Part shown: piece after piece, positions 50,024 to 63,795 of the stretch | How the letters are laid out: each line of letters starts with the position of its first letter | Position numbering within the stretch: position 1 is the first letter of the stretch | Assembly: GCF_006345805.1 (NCBI RefSeq) | Contig: NC_042999.1 | Location: 64,852,001 to 64,916,000 of the forward strand | Length of the DNA stretch: 64,000 bases | Reading direction: 5' to 3' | DNA from: Octopus sinensis | Lineage: Eukaryota | Program-made: the position numbers and the translations under genes | Notes under the pieces: model-generated | Seen by the model: the letters and a program-made list of their open reading frames with translations, nothing else | The model's database searches: none | Told to the model about the DNA's origin: nothing

Positions 50024-50343
50024 AGAAGAAAAAATAATAAGGTAGAATGCTAAATTGAAAGTACATTTTAATAAAAATGGGTGTATGAATAATTAAAAAA
50101 GAAAAATGAAATCAAACCAGCTTTTCTGGCAAGCAAATTTTCAAGATTTGGAAGGGGAAAAATATTTTTTTAAATTGAGCTCTCTCATTTTTAAAAAAAT
50201 TATTTTTCCCCTTCCAAATCTTGAAAATTTACCTTGCAATGAAAGCCGTTTGATTTCATTTTTCTTTTTTAATTATTCATACACCCATTTTTATTAAAAT
50301 GTACTTTCAATTTAGCATTCTGCCTTATTATTTTTTCTTCTCT
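50022..50343. mobile_element. 322-bp near-perfect AT-rich hairpin, probable TA-flanked MITE/fold-back element
   Basis: Arms 50023-50179 and 50184-50342 with a 4-nt loop (CTCT); TA at 50020-21 and 50344-45. Confidence 0.75.
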
Positions 50344-50791
50344 TATCATTTCTCCACGTGCGGTTAACACAACCCCACCATTTAATTTTCCTTGGGGCTG
50401 GCCAGATTGGTGCAATCTCAAGAATAATCAGCCGAAATTGCGACGATTATCTGGTGCTTGACTGAGGATAGAGGGCTTCGAATGACCCGTCCTTGTGTTT
50501 TTTTGTATCGTCTATCTGGATGCTTTGTTGTCCCTTTTTGCATCACCTAATTGTCCAGATGTTTTGCGTTCTTGTCCCATTTTGTATCTTATCTTGCAAT
50601 TTTAATGAGCAGTTAATAGATTGGATTTGGAGAATGCGCGCATGTATGTATGCATGCTTGCATGTATGTATGTGTGTATATATGTATGTATGTATGTTTG
50701 TATGTATGTGTACAAGTATGTATGTAATTTCTTATGTATGTAAATTTATTTATGCATATATATTTATCAAGTAGGTAAGTAGATAATTTAT

Positions 50792-50843
<52 letters not shown>

Positions 50844-50847
<4 letters not shown>

Positions 50848-51169
50848 CCCCCTTCGGTCATGAATGACCATGGGATTGCACCTAGAAAATTACCCTCCTA
50901 GACACAAGTCCGGGCAAGGTTGTTTATGGAAGGCCAGCAGTCACCCATGCATACCAGACTCCCCTCTCCACGCCACCAGTGTTATCCAAGGGAAAGACAA
51001 AGGTCGATACAGCTTGGCACCAGTGACGTCGCAACTCATTTCTACAGCCGAGTGAACTGGAGCAACGTGAAATAAAGTGCCTTGCTCGAGAACACAACAC
51101 GCAGCCCGGTCCGGGATTCGAGCTCACAACCTCACGATCGTAAGCTCGACGCTCTAACCACTGACCCAT
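50844..51169 (-). mobile_element. tRNA-type SINE family D, near full length
   Basis: Aligns to 55591-55897 and adds a ~25-bp segment absent there. Confidence 0.9.
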
Positions 51170-52035
51170 ACAAATATGTGTATATATATGTACGCATGCA
51201 TATATCTATGTACGTATACATGATAGATATGTACATTAAAAACAGCCACTATACCGAACCGTATTATTCATATGTTAAGAATACTTCATATATTCATAAT
51301 AACACAAAGTGATGGGTTTAGAGCAATAATATTCCTAAATTCATTAGGCTGACTTTTCAATATATTCAGTTTATTGTTAAATTGAGTACATATACTGTCG
51401 TGTGGATCGCGCGATCCAAATATTTCAGGAATAATTTGATAAACAATGAAACATTCAACGTTGTTTTCGAAATTATGTGCCAGGGCATTCTGGTAGTTTC
51501 ATGATACCATGACATAATATTACATGTAAAATATGTATGGTGTCTCTCTCATTTAGGTTCCTAAGTCGCTATTTGTAGAATACTATGATATATTCCTGAG
51601 TATTACAAATCAATTTTGCCTTTAAAATGAATACATAGTTGTGGAGTCGTATGCAGAGTAACAGAGACTGACGAGGTGAAATGTAACCGAAACCAATTAA
51701 TTTTCCGCTACATAATGTGTAAATATTCCATATTTTCTTTGAGTGTTGTATTAAAATCCAATTTTCCCCGAGTTTGTTATTGTTTATTTCATAAAGTAAA
51801 GATACATATACATATACATAAACACATGCACGCATGCACACACAGAGACACACACAGAGACACACACACACACACAAACATATATATAATAATACGTACA
51901 CATACACATAAACATACATACGGACACACACACACACAAACACACACACGTGCACACACACTCTCACACACACACACACACACACAGTTACTTTCGAACT
52001 CACGAACTCAAACTAGCTGCCATTTCTGAATCTTC

Positions 52036-52053
52036 ATCAAATTCGTAGGGCTA

Positions 52054-52084
<31 letters not shown>

Positions 52085-52258
52085 TGTATGTATGTATGTA
52101 TGTATGTATGTATGTATGTATGTATGTATGCATGCATGTATGTATGTATGTATGTATGTATGTATGTATCTATCTATCTATCTATCTTTCTATCTATCTA
52201 TCTATCTATCTATATATCTATCTATCTATTTATCTATCTATTTATCTATCTATCTATG
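52036..52258. repeat. (TATG)n followed by (TATC)n
   Basis: Direct reading. Confidence 0.97.
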
Positions 52259-52717
52259 TCATGTATTATCCATACGCACATTGTGATAAATGCTAGTGAC
52301 ATAGATACGTGATGAAATAGTTAGATATACATATAAGAGAGTGAGATAAAGAAGTAGAAAGTGAGTGAGTATGTCTTAGGGAGATAGTATATGTGTTCGA
52401 GAGAAATAGTTAGAGAGATAGATAAACAGAACGAAGGAAAGAGGGAGATGAGATGGAGAAAGAAAGACAGGAAGTGTGATGCTGCACGGACCATTTAGTA
52501 CACCCACTTATCTTCTGAAGTTTTAATGATGAATTAATCTTCAAATAGCTTAGCCCGGAGAAGCATGCCATGTTATATTTCTCTGACAAATAGGTAACAT
52601 AGCATAATTGCACCACACACACACACAAATACACACACATGTACATATACATTTCTAAAGCATTTTTACATCTTATATATGTATATATATATGTATATAT
52701 ATATATATATATATATC

Positions 52718-52782
<65 letters not shown>

Positions 52783-54351
52783 TTCTTACATCACACACAC
52801 ACATATATATATTCATACATATAATATTATATGTTCTTTTTGAAGAATAAAAAGTATTTAGTATGACATTTATTATCTTCATATTTTAAGTGAAAGATGT
52901 AGATCGAAAGCATAATTTCAGCTTCTCTTCTACTTAACTTAGTCGATGTAAAATCTTGCAAGAATCTTGAGAATTGTGACTGAATTACAAAATGCCGTTC
53001 AAATAAATTGATTGTGAGAGATACCAAAATTCCATCACATCTCGTATTGTTTAAGTTAACATAATTATTTTGCTGCATTATATAGCTGTTCGTGTTTTAA
53101 AGGGGCTAAGTTTCTAGATTGAGACGAATAACCAGGTTTAAGTATATATAATGTAACGTTACACATGCAGACAGTTATCCGCTTTTATTCACTCCTGCCA
53201 CTGGCTTAACTGTTGTACATTATCACGTATTTGCATTTGAGCGATTAACGAGCAGCCTTCTAGTAGAAATTTACTGTCTGATATTGTATCAATTCAGTGG
53301 TTGTAAACTTCGGTGATAAATTCCCTGATAAATGAGCTAATGTGAAATCATGTCTGAACTCTTGTACGAAACGAAGACAGAATAAAAGATGAGTTTCTGG
53401 TGAGAGAGGACAATGCTTCAATCACACAATGCCTGACCAGACGTATTACGTTCGTAATAGCTGAATTATAGCTGTTCATTTTGGGTTAAATCGTTGTTTT
53501 AGACATGAGAGGAGATATTCACTCTATTTTACACGAGAGAGAATTAATATTTCTAAGTTGAACACAATTTCTTGCCATTGTATACAATTTACTGTAACGG
53601 TATGTAAGTTGTTATGGCATGCAAGTATAAGGCGAAGATGAAGCCATGTTGTTAAACAGTGTGAACGAACCTGTCAACATTGCTTAATTATTTGCGGAAG
53701 AAACTATTTAACAGTTGGTGGTTGGTTCGTTCTCAATACGCAGTACTTTGGTAAAGTGTCTTGTATCATAAACTTTGAGCTGACTCAGTCTTTTAAGTAA
53801 AGATGAATGCGAATAAACTGTGAGAATGGGCACCAAATTGTGTGTAAACCCTTTTTAGTGGCTGATTAAATGTGCCATTTGGTTTAACAAAGGGATGATT
53901 TTAACAGAGTAGTCTCGGTTTCCAGCATTCAAATTACGTTTCGGGCCTGAGATTAGTCAATGACTTCCATCCGTTGTTCCCATAGATTCAAAGGCTTTGT
54001 AGAAAGGCATGTCGAGATCTCTGTGACAATATACAGCGTTTCAAATAATTCGATGATTAATAATGACATTTAACAACTTACATGAATCAACTTGTTGTAA
54101 ATTGTAGTATAGACAGGAAGCTATGCATATTGCAGACATGGTTTAGATTATTTATTCGTTAACAGCGATTCATGGTTATGTATTACATTTGGTAGAAAAA
54201 TGACGATCGATATCGATCGACACATGGCAAAGTTGTCAGTCGACTGCTCTACCAGTTTTGTCCTTAACAACACTTTAATGATTTCTATAATGAATTCTTC
54301 CATTTGCTTCTGAAGCCAATGGCTGTGTTAGAAATGCTTAATATTGGTTTA

Positions 54352-54720
54352 AAATTTTAGCACAAGGCCTGAAATTTGGAGGGCGAGGTCAAGTCGATTA
54401 TATCGACCCAATTACTCAACTAGTACTTGCTTTATCAACCCTGAAGAGATGAAAGGCAACTTCGACACGGGTGGTATTTGAAATCAGAACGTAAAATCGA
54501 GAAAATGCCTCTAATCGTTTTTTCCGACGCGGTAACGTTTCTGCCAGCTCGCCGCCTGGGTAATACTTAATATTAACATTTGTTTGAAATTTTGGCACAA
54601 GAGCGGTAACATCATAGGAGTGGGTAAGTCGATTACATCGGCCCCAGTCCTCAATTAGTACTTATTTTATCGACCCCGAAAGGACTAAAGACAAGCTCAA
54701 CCACGGCGGAATTTGAACTG
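54352..54720 (-). mobile_element. Two adjacent older SINE family B-related copies (54352-54557, ~54585-54720)
   Basis: AAGTCGATTATATCGACCC..GATGAAAGGCAA..CTGCCAGCTCGCCGCC and TATCGACCCCGAAAGG..GGCGGAATTTGAAC. Confidence 0.8.
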
Positions 54721-55590
54721 AAACACTTAATATGATGATAGTTTAATGTTAATTGTAGCATCAATTTTTGTCACTAATAGTCTTTAATGAGTTCTATAAT
54801 GATTTATATTTGAAGCAAGCTCATGGTATATTTCACTAGCACTAATAATAAATTTAATATTAATAGAAGAGTTACATCATGCATTAAATTGCATATTAGG
54901 AGTAACACGAAGCCATGTTATATATACAGAAGATAATTTACAATATCTATACAGATGATTCAATTCGACAACTGAAACTGGTTATGTCACACAAAATTTG
55001 TGTACATTATACTGAAATTAGATATACAAATGGTCATTTACTTTTTAACATATTTCAGTTTCTATGGTTATTTTGGCTTCAACAGAGATGTTTCCGTTAA
55101 ATACATGCAAATTGTTGTACTCTACAGATTAAGGTGTCATGCTTTCATTCCATGTTATTCTAAAGAGTAAACACCAAAAGCTTAAAGAAAGCTTAATAAG
55201 TCTAACACGTACAATAGTTTTTAAATTTCAAATTAAAACTGGGCATGTCGAATTCCTTAAAGCATATGCACATGTGAGTGTCTGTGTGTGTAGAGGATTT
55301 GATGCATGGTTAAGACGTTATTTTTGTATCAATGTGGCTCCTATTTCTTTCCCCTTTTGCATCAAATTGGTCTATTGTTTTTTTTTTGTGCGAGTAATAT
55401 TTTGCGTGTAGAGTTTGGTAGGTGAAACTGTGTAGACGACATTCATATGTATATATGTGTGTGTATATATATATATATTATATATATATATTATATATAA
55501 TGTTCCATGCTGCGAATAATGAGTTGTGTGTGAGTGTATCTGATTGTCCGTGTGAGTGTATGAGTAAATCTGCATGTACGTGTATGTGAA

Positions 55591-55897
55591 GGCGCATGGC
55601 TCAGTGATTAGAGCGTCGAGCTTACGATCGTGAGGTTGTGAGTTCGAATCCCGGGCCGGGCTGTGTGATTTGTTCTTGAGCAAGACACTTTATTTCACGT
55701 TCTTCCAGTTCACTCAGCTGTAGAAATAAGTTGCGACGTCACAGGTGCCAAGCTGTATCGGCCCCTTTGCCTTTCCTTTGGATAGCATCGGTGGCGTGGA
55801 GAGGGGAGGCCGGTATGCATGAGCGACTGCTGGTCTTCCCTCGAAGGGTAACTTTCTAGGTTCAATCCCATAGTCAGTCATGACCGAAGGGTGTCTC
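55591..55897 (+). mobile_element. SINE family D
   Basis: TGGCTCAGTGATTAG (A box), GAGTTCGAATCCC (B box), central TTCTTGAGCAAGACACTT..CCAGTTCACTCAGCTG. Confidence 0.9.
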
Positions 55898-55992
55898 AGC
55901 TCAGCATGTGTTTTTCTATCCATCAGCTCATCTATCTGTCTAGCTGTCTACCTACATGTATGTGTATACCTATCTATCTATCTATCTATCTA

Positions 55993-56024
<32 letters not shown>

Positions 56025-56195
56025 GCTGGCTAGCTAGCTCTCTATCTGTCCGTCCGTCTGTCTGTCTTTTGTCTGTTTGTGTGTCTTTTGTCTGTCTGTC
56101 TGTTTTTCTTTCTGTTTGTACGTATGCATGTATGTAAATCAAACAAAAGAAATCAAAACAATCCAGGAATGCCTTATCATCATAAAAATATGTAC

Positions 56196-56418
56196 AGATA
56201 AAACCACTCGCAACCACGATACTCAGAACCAGGATAGGCTGGAATCCCAAATTCATAATATGTGCGTCATGTAATGAATACACAAATTATGAAAATTATA
56301 TTTGGACCCAGAACCACATGGTTCCGGGTTCAGTCCCACTGCGTGGCACCTTGGGCAAGTGTCTTCTACTATAACCTCGGCCCGACCAAAGCCTTATGAG
56401 TGGATTTGGTAGACGGAA

Positions 56419-56458
<40 letters not shown>

Positions 56459-56775
56459 TGTGTGTGCGTATGTTCGTGTTTGTCCTCCCAGCATTGCTTG
56501 ACAACCGATGGTAGTGTGTTTACATCCCCGTAATATTAGCGGTTCGGCAAAAGAGTTCGATAGAATAAGTACTAGGCTTACAAAGAATAAGTCCTGTAGT
56601 CGATTTGCTCCACTAAAGGCGGTGCTCCAGCATGGCCGCAGTCAAATGACTGAAACAAGTAAGAGAGTAAAAGAGTAAAAAAGATAAAACCACTCGCAAC
56701 CAGGATACTCAAAACCAGAGAGGCAGGAATCCTAAAGTTATAATATGTGCGTCATGTAATGAATACATAAATTAT
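56196..56775 (+). mobile_element. 5'-truncated SINE A (56312-~56680) flanked by ~95-bp direct repeats (56196-56290, 56682-56775)
   Basis: The repeats differ at about 9 of 95 positions by hand alignment. Confidence 0.88.
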
Positions 56776-56921
56776 ATTAAAACATATCATAAACATATTA
56801 CTAAGATAGCAATACATATTACTAAGGTGCAGATTGTAGGCGAGTTCGATTCCGAACAATGACGCTAAGGGATAATTTCAACTCAGTGTACGATAAATGT
56901 TCTATATTGGTGTCTAGATGA

Positions 56922-56953
<32 letters not shown>

Positions 56954-57308
56954 CTAGCAGTATCGCCCGGCGTTGCTCGGGTTTGTAAGGGAAATAACTA
57001 TAAAGCATTTTTAGAGAGTTATAGCCAAAAAATGGAAAAAAAATGATGGTAAATTTTTTTTTAGTTAAAAAGGTCGAGTTGCGTCCCCTAGACAGTCTGT
57101 GGTTTGTGTTGCTGCTTCTCGACCCCATGTCGAATTTATCGATTTTTTTTTCAGAACTGGGGGAACTTTTCAAAATTTTCGCTGCGTTAGTTTTGAATTA
57201 TGACATTGGGCTTGTTTGTGTCAAGTTTCATCAGAATCGGTTGAAAGCCGTGGTCAGGGTGAGGGTACAACCTAACAGACACACAGAAACACACACAGAC
57301 AAACTGCC

Positions 57309-57370
<62 letters not shown>
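56954..57370 (-). mobile_element. Non-autonomous Helitron (Lep1-like layout)
   Basis: 3' hairpin CCCGAGCAACGCCGGG (56966-56981), then CTAG (56954-57) followed by T. Sub-terminal (GTCT/GT)n and CCGATT..ATGAAACTTG motif. The 5' end is lost in (TA)n and no TC is seen. Confidence 0.75.
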
Positions 57371-57372
<2 letters not shown>

Positions 57373-57419
57373 TCTACTTTTTCAATCAGTTTTTCCAGAT
57401 TCCAAAACATGGCGCAATA

Positions 57420-57746
57420 TTGATTGTGCGGTTAAGATGCTCGTTTAGCAACCATGCGCTTTCGAGTTCATTCCCACTGTGCGGCACAATTATAAAAAGA
57501 CCCTGGATTGACCAATGTCTCGTAAGTGAATTTGGTAAATGGAAACTATGTACCTGTTTGGATGTTGTTGTATCTGTTTTTGTTCCACTCACCGTTTCAG
57601 AACCGGTGTTGGTTTGGTTACCTTACCGCGACATAGTGATTCTGAAAAAATACTAGACCTTAAAAACTAATACTGGGATCGATTTGCTCGACTTAAACCA
57701 TTAAAGTTAGTACCCCAGTACCACCACAATTCAGAAACTGAAACAA
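57420..57746 (+). mobile_element. Old SINE family A-related copy
   Basis: TGTGCGGTTAAGATGCTC..GAGTTCATTCCCACTG..GGATCGATTTGCTCGACT..CTGAAACAA. Confidence 0.65.
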
Positions 57747-58311
57747 TTAACACATAAACACACACATGTAGGTATGTATATGTATCTATGCGTGTATGTA
57801 TGCATATACGCTTAAATACACATAATGATGCAGTATAAGATATCAGGCTGTACTACACATGTAATCCAGTTATATCGTGATTAGTGGTGGTGATCGTTCT
57901 GAGTACTTCGACGATGTGGTTTCGCTTGTTCGATCAACAGCATTATCTGCTCCTGAATTAACGTGTAAGAGACTGTTTGTAGACTTCTGCCACCTTAACG
58001 CATTTCGTAAGCAGAATCATTACGACACATGGTGTGACAAGGCTGTACCATTTGAATTACGCGTTCTATTCACTCGGGGATATTCTCTACAGTTTTCCTG
58101 TATCCACTTTCATTCACAAGTTCATTTCGAGGTAAATGGCATTTGAAAAGCCTCATGGTTTTGAATACTGTCTCTTAAGCATTTATGAAATCGTATAGTA
58201 ATGTATGAAAAGCAGTGAAAACTGTCCTGGGGGGACATTCTACACTGACACAGACAATTGAGCTCAACATTGCAAGAGAACTGAATGGCTATTAATAATA
58301 CAGTACACATA

Positions 58312-58508
58312 AAGCGGTTAGCACGTCGGGCAAAAGGCTCAGTAGTATTTCGTCTCCACGTTTTGTGTTCAAATTCCGCAGAGGTCGAGTTTTGCCTTTT
58401 ATCCTTTTGTTGTCGATGAAATAAAATAAGTAATAGCTGAGCATTGGGGTTGATATAACCGATTTTACTCCTTTCCCGAAACTGCCGGTCTTGTATCAAA
58501 ATTTGAAA
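58312..58508 (+). mobile_element. Old SINE family B-related copy
   Basis: GTTAGCACGTCGGGCAAAA..GTTCAAATTCCGCAGAGGTCGAG. Confidence 0.75.
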
Positions 58509-59309
58509 ACAATAATACAATACACAAGCTCCGTCTCGGTGTTTGTGATTTAGCGATAAATAAGATTGTGCATGTGTACAAAATATGAGGGTTGCCCAAT
58601 ATTTGACACTGTGCGTTGAAACTGACCAAGCAACATGTAATGGTTTTTTTCTTCTTCTCTGTGCAGTTTCTTTTACTACTTTACTCAAAGGCAAATATGC
58701 AATTTGTAGTCCATAAAAGAATACACACCAAAACAAAAACCCCGAAAAAATTGTATGTATGAATAAAAGAATATTAATTATTATTATTAACTCTGTGTGT
58801 ATGTGTGTGTGTGTGTGTGATATTTACTATGCTATAGCCTAACGAATCTTTCAAATTCTTTCGCTGTTTTTAATTCCCTCTATTTGATCGGAAAGAAAAC
58901 TTAATGTTTAAAATGGAAGCCATTAATAGATCGTTTTACTTTCATTTATACGCCATATTTATTATAACACATCCGTTGGTGCGTTTACCCTATAATTTTC
59001 TTCCATACGTATATATTATCAATCTCTTCAGGATGAAAATTTGATGAAAAAAAAAACATTGTATATCAATACCCATTTTTTTAATACTTGTTAATTGTAC
59101 TTTTCTTTATACTCAATCACACATCTGTAGCATGTAATGATATATGTGCATATAGCATTAACATATAACAAACAACATCAAAATCAATATAGTCCTCAAC
59201 ATAATCACACGCACACACATAATAACAATAATGATAGGGTGATGACGTCTAGGTATATATGCGTGCGTGCATGTTTATGTACGTACATATTACTTACTCA
59301 TTCTCCATC

Positions 59310-59310
59310 A

Positions 59311-59348
<38 letters not shown>

Positions 59349-59394
59349 CATACATACATATATACATATATATATATATACATATATATATAAC

Positions 59395-59427
<33 letters not shown>

Positions 59428-59790
59428 CATAAATATATATATACATATATATAATACATATATATATACATAAATATATATATACATATATATATACATA
59501 TATATATATACATATATATATATACACATATATATACATATATATATATACATATATATATATATACATATATATATACATATATATATATACATATATA
59601 TATATACATATATATATACATAATATATATATACATATATATATAACATATATATATATACATATATATATACATATATTATATATACGTATATATACAT
59701 ACATATATATATACATACATATATATATACGTATATATATATATTTATATATATACATACATACACACATATGCATATTACATATCTATA
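59310..59790. repeat. Long (TA)/(TACA) field
   Basis: Direct reading. Confidence 0.97.
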
Positions 59791-60375
59791 TGCGTGTGTG
59801 TATGTAGACACACATACTTGCGTATATGTGTACACATTCCAATTATATATATTACGTAGATTTCTATTCAAATAGAATGTTCGATTTTACATATAAATTC
59901 CCTGCGCGTATATTGTATTTCATTACTGTTTGTGATAAACTACATAAAAATAAAATGCAATATTCTGATTACTTTTCAATAGAAGATCTCCAAGCCAATT
60001 TCATGAGTAATTATTTGTAATTTATTAACATTCGCTTTGTTTAATGGGGCTGATATTTATATTAAAGTAATACCTCAGACATATTGGAGTCGTGAGGAAG
60101 GTCTGTTTACTCTATGTATTGTCAATTACGTCAATATACTAAGCATGCTTGTCTATATGTATGCATGTATGTATGTATCTATGTATCTACGTTTGTACGT
60201 ATGCATACAGATGCGTATGTATGCATGTTTTGCAGGGTTATGTTTCGAATTCCTCACCAGTGAGAAAAAGAGCCGGTTTCTTGTCTAGATACGAGGTATT
60301 TCATGTTGATTTATACAACATCAGCAGGGTAGCCGTCTGTCTGTCATATATACACATATATGTACATATATAAGA

Positions 60376-60413
<38 letters not shown>

Positions 60414-60432
60414 TATATATATTATATATATA

Positions 60433-60463
<31 letters not shown>

Positions 60464-61297
60464 CGTACATATACACACACCTGCATACACACACACGTAC
60501 GCACGCATGCATACATACATACATACGTATATACATATATACATACACACATGAACTCAAACTTACATACATACGCATAGAAGCTATTTTGTTTGTTATG
60601 GCGGGACGGAGATTGACAATTGGTTCGCACCTGTTAAACATTTAGCTGTACATAATTATATGCATGAATTCATTTACACGGGCATACATATTGTGCAGAT
60701 GCACGCGTATGAATATTGTGATAGATTGTCACTGTAATCTCTTGCTTAAGCCCGTTCTTTCGGCTTTAAAACAACCCAAAACCCGAAGATTGTTGCTGAC
60801 GTAGTAAGTCACGCGTCCATGTGCTTCAATAATTATTCGCAGAAATGTAAGGTTACATTCTAGTTGGAGTGGAAATAATTCTCTGACAGATTGTGTTGTA
60901 ATCTGATGAAAGAACGTGACGTCTAGCGAAAGGAAAAAGGGGTTTTGCTTCATTATTTTGCAACAGTAAACAACCTGCGTTTATGAAGCGTATAGAAATA
61001 TAATAAATAACTATAACACACGCCGCGTAAAAAAGAAAAACGACTTCATTCCCCACGTGTAGGTACACATTCAGGAGAAAATTTTCACTCAATCTTTTCT
61101 TTACTACCATGTATTTGCATATGTTATAATGCATTCCACTCACGTTCGTCCAGATTTAGGAGTTTTGCATTTAACTTTCATGTCAGTTTTGTTTCACTCT
61201 TTGGACTGCAATCTGTCTGGATCAACGCCTTCAAACCTTCAGGCGAAGTCAATCCGGGTACTTACATTTTAACGTCTGGTGCTTACTCAGTTCCTAT

Positions 61298-61391
61298 TTT
61301 CTGAGCTACCGGCACCTTTTGGGGACGTAAACAAAGCTACAGCAGTGGCAGAGTACAACAACGAAGGCATATGGGTACACACATGCGTGCA

Positions 61392-61446
<55 letters not shown>

Positions 61447-61582
61447 ACGCAGACACACATATTTCCGTCTACCAAATCCACGCACAAAGCTTTGGTTGGC
61501 CAGGGCTTACACAAAAAAGGTACCTGCCAAGGAATACGTGCCGTGAAATTGAATTGCAAACCATATCGTTGGGAAGCAGGCA
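61298..61582 (-). mobile_element. Old SINE family A copy with central (CA)n
   Basis: GGGGACGTAAACA..TTTCCGTCTACCAAATCCAC..CAAAGCTTTGGT..GGGAAGCAGG. Confidence 0.75.
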
Positions 61583-61976
61583 TATTACCATAATCTCTCG
61601 CCTAAGCTTCTTCCCAAAATAACGAGGAGAATTCAATAAAATTATAAACTCTTTTCTAGTTTTATTGCTTCATTTCTTGTAACTTTATCATTATTATGAC
61701 TTTTTCAGTCACTTTTCATTTAAGCAAAGCATGGATGGAAAAAAAAACAGACGGAGAATACAATACAGAAGGAAGAATTCACTTAAATAAAACTGTTTAA
61801 TATCATTTAAGAGATATAGGTAGAATAGCGAATTAATTGGAATCGTGATTTTATGGAAATATAAACTTTAGCATAAAATTTTCATATGCTGCACAGAGAC
61901 CGATTACACGAAGGAAAATATTAAGATTCTGAATGACAGTAACATAATATGCTTAACACTTCCACAAAAACCAATA

Positions 61977-62495
61977 CATTATTATCTTTATGTTTGAATT
62001 TTGCTTTGTATATGTACAAGTTGACACCAAGTCTCACCCAGAGACCTCAAGGGGCAACAAGTTAGAAGTTCATGTTGGTGTTATATTTTGCGTGCCATAT
62101 GTTTGGTTTTGTACATAGTGTTGTTCTAGAAAATGTTTAAGAAACCATAAGAAAATTGTGTTTGTTTTAAAATTTGAGATTACATAGAGAGTATTTTACG
62201 TAGGATATGAGCAGTTCCCATGAGTGCTATCTTTAGAATTTCTGCCATTTTTGGGTTTCCTGGTATCTGAGCTAGGTAGCAATCAGCCCCTTTTGCTATC
62301 ATTCCTAGGGCACCTATAACAACAGGTATTGTTTTAGTCTTGAGGTTCCACATTTCGCTAATTTCTATTTCAAGTTCTTTATACTTGCTCAGCTTTTGGT
62401 AGATCTTGACAGATACGTTTATATCGGGACAGTCATATCAATAAGGAGGCATGATTTTTGTCTGAAGTCTTTCAATATGGTGTCTGGCTTATTTG

Positions 62496-62496
<1 letters not shown>
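61977..62496 (-). mobile_element. R4/Dong-clade LINE 3' end: endonuclease domain and 3' UTR
   Basis: ANKPDTILKDFRQKSCLLIDMTVP then, after a frameshift, KLSKYKELEIEISEMWNLKTKTIPVVIGALGMIAKG..GTAHILRKILSM* (stop 62180-82). The 5' junction is directly at (TAA)n. Confidence 0.92.
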
Positions 62497-62555
<59 letters not shown>

Positions 62556-62956
62556 CTATTCTTTAACTCTTTTATTTTTTTCAGTCATTTGACTGTGGCT
62601 ATGCTGGAGCACCGCCTTTAGTCGAACAAATCGACCCCAGGACTTATTCTTTGTAAGCCTAGTACTTATTCTATCGAACTCTTTTGCCGAACCGCTAAGT
62701 TACGGGGACGTAAACACACCAGCATCGGTTGTCAAGCGATGTTGGGGGGACAAACACAAACACACAAACATATACACACACATACATATATATACATATT
62801 CATATATACGACGGGCTTCTTTCAGTTTCCGTCTACCAGATCCACTCACAAGTCCTTCGTCGGCCAGAGGTTAATTATAGAAAATACTTGCCCAAGGTGC
62901 CACGCAGTGGGACTGAACCCGGAAATTATTATTATTATTATTATTATTATTAGAAA

Positions 62957-63003
<47 letters not shown>

Positions 63004-63075
63004 TGTTGTTGTTGTTGTTGTTGCTATCATCATCATCATCATCATCATCAATAATAAATGTAATGATATGATGAA

Positions 63076-63109
<34 letters not shown>

Positions 63110-63135
63110 GGATGACGACGACGATGAAGAAGAAG
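62497..63135. repeat. (ATT)n split by a SINE, grading into (GTT)n, (CAT)n and (GAT)n
   Basis: Direct reading. Confidence 0.95.
62565..62923 (-). mobile_element. 5'-truncated SINE family A inserted within (TAA)n
   Basis: Aligns to 25394-25803 from TTCCGGGTTCAG onward; ATT repeats on both sides. Confidence 0.9.
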
Positions 63136-63795
63136 TTAGAACGAACAACTGGAATATGAGATGAGCAACCGGTTTTATACGTAAATCCGATTCCTTTTCC
63201 AATGGAAACAGCGCGTGCTGAGGAGCATGGCAAAGCAGATGTAATATTCAATGATTTAAAATTTTGAAGCAATGTGAGTTTTGTATCCGATAGCCTAAAA
63301 TTGAACTTCCTCAGATACTTTCAATGGAAATTGATGTTAGAGCGGAAACACTATGATATTTAATATGGTGAAGACATATTTCTGAATTTCGAATACAGGT
63401 ATTTAAATGTAAAACATTCGATCTGAAATATTGATGGTTTGGCGTATTAAAAAAAAAAAACGAAGTGTATATATGAACTGAGGTTATCCTGGTATTCATA
63501 GGGCATTCAATGTATTACTCTAATAAATGAATACGGAATGTTGTTTCCTTTCTAGGCCTTAATCTTTCTGTTTGTATGATACACCTTCTAAAAGTGTGCA
63601 TATATGCATGTGTGTATATATGCACACATGCATATACATGAACATATACATCCATAAATACATCCATCCATACATCCATATATATATATACATATACATA
63701 TATGTAAATTAATATTGGGTAGGAAAAATTATAGAAATTTTTCTACCAGTGGCCTAGCATGTATACAAAGTCAATATATATATATATATATATAT

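Noticed and set aside
60903-60931. CTGATGA...CGAAA spacing
   Set aside because: The closing pair of helix II is A.C with only 3 bp possible inside, and helix III cannot form.
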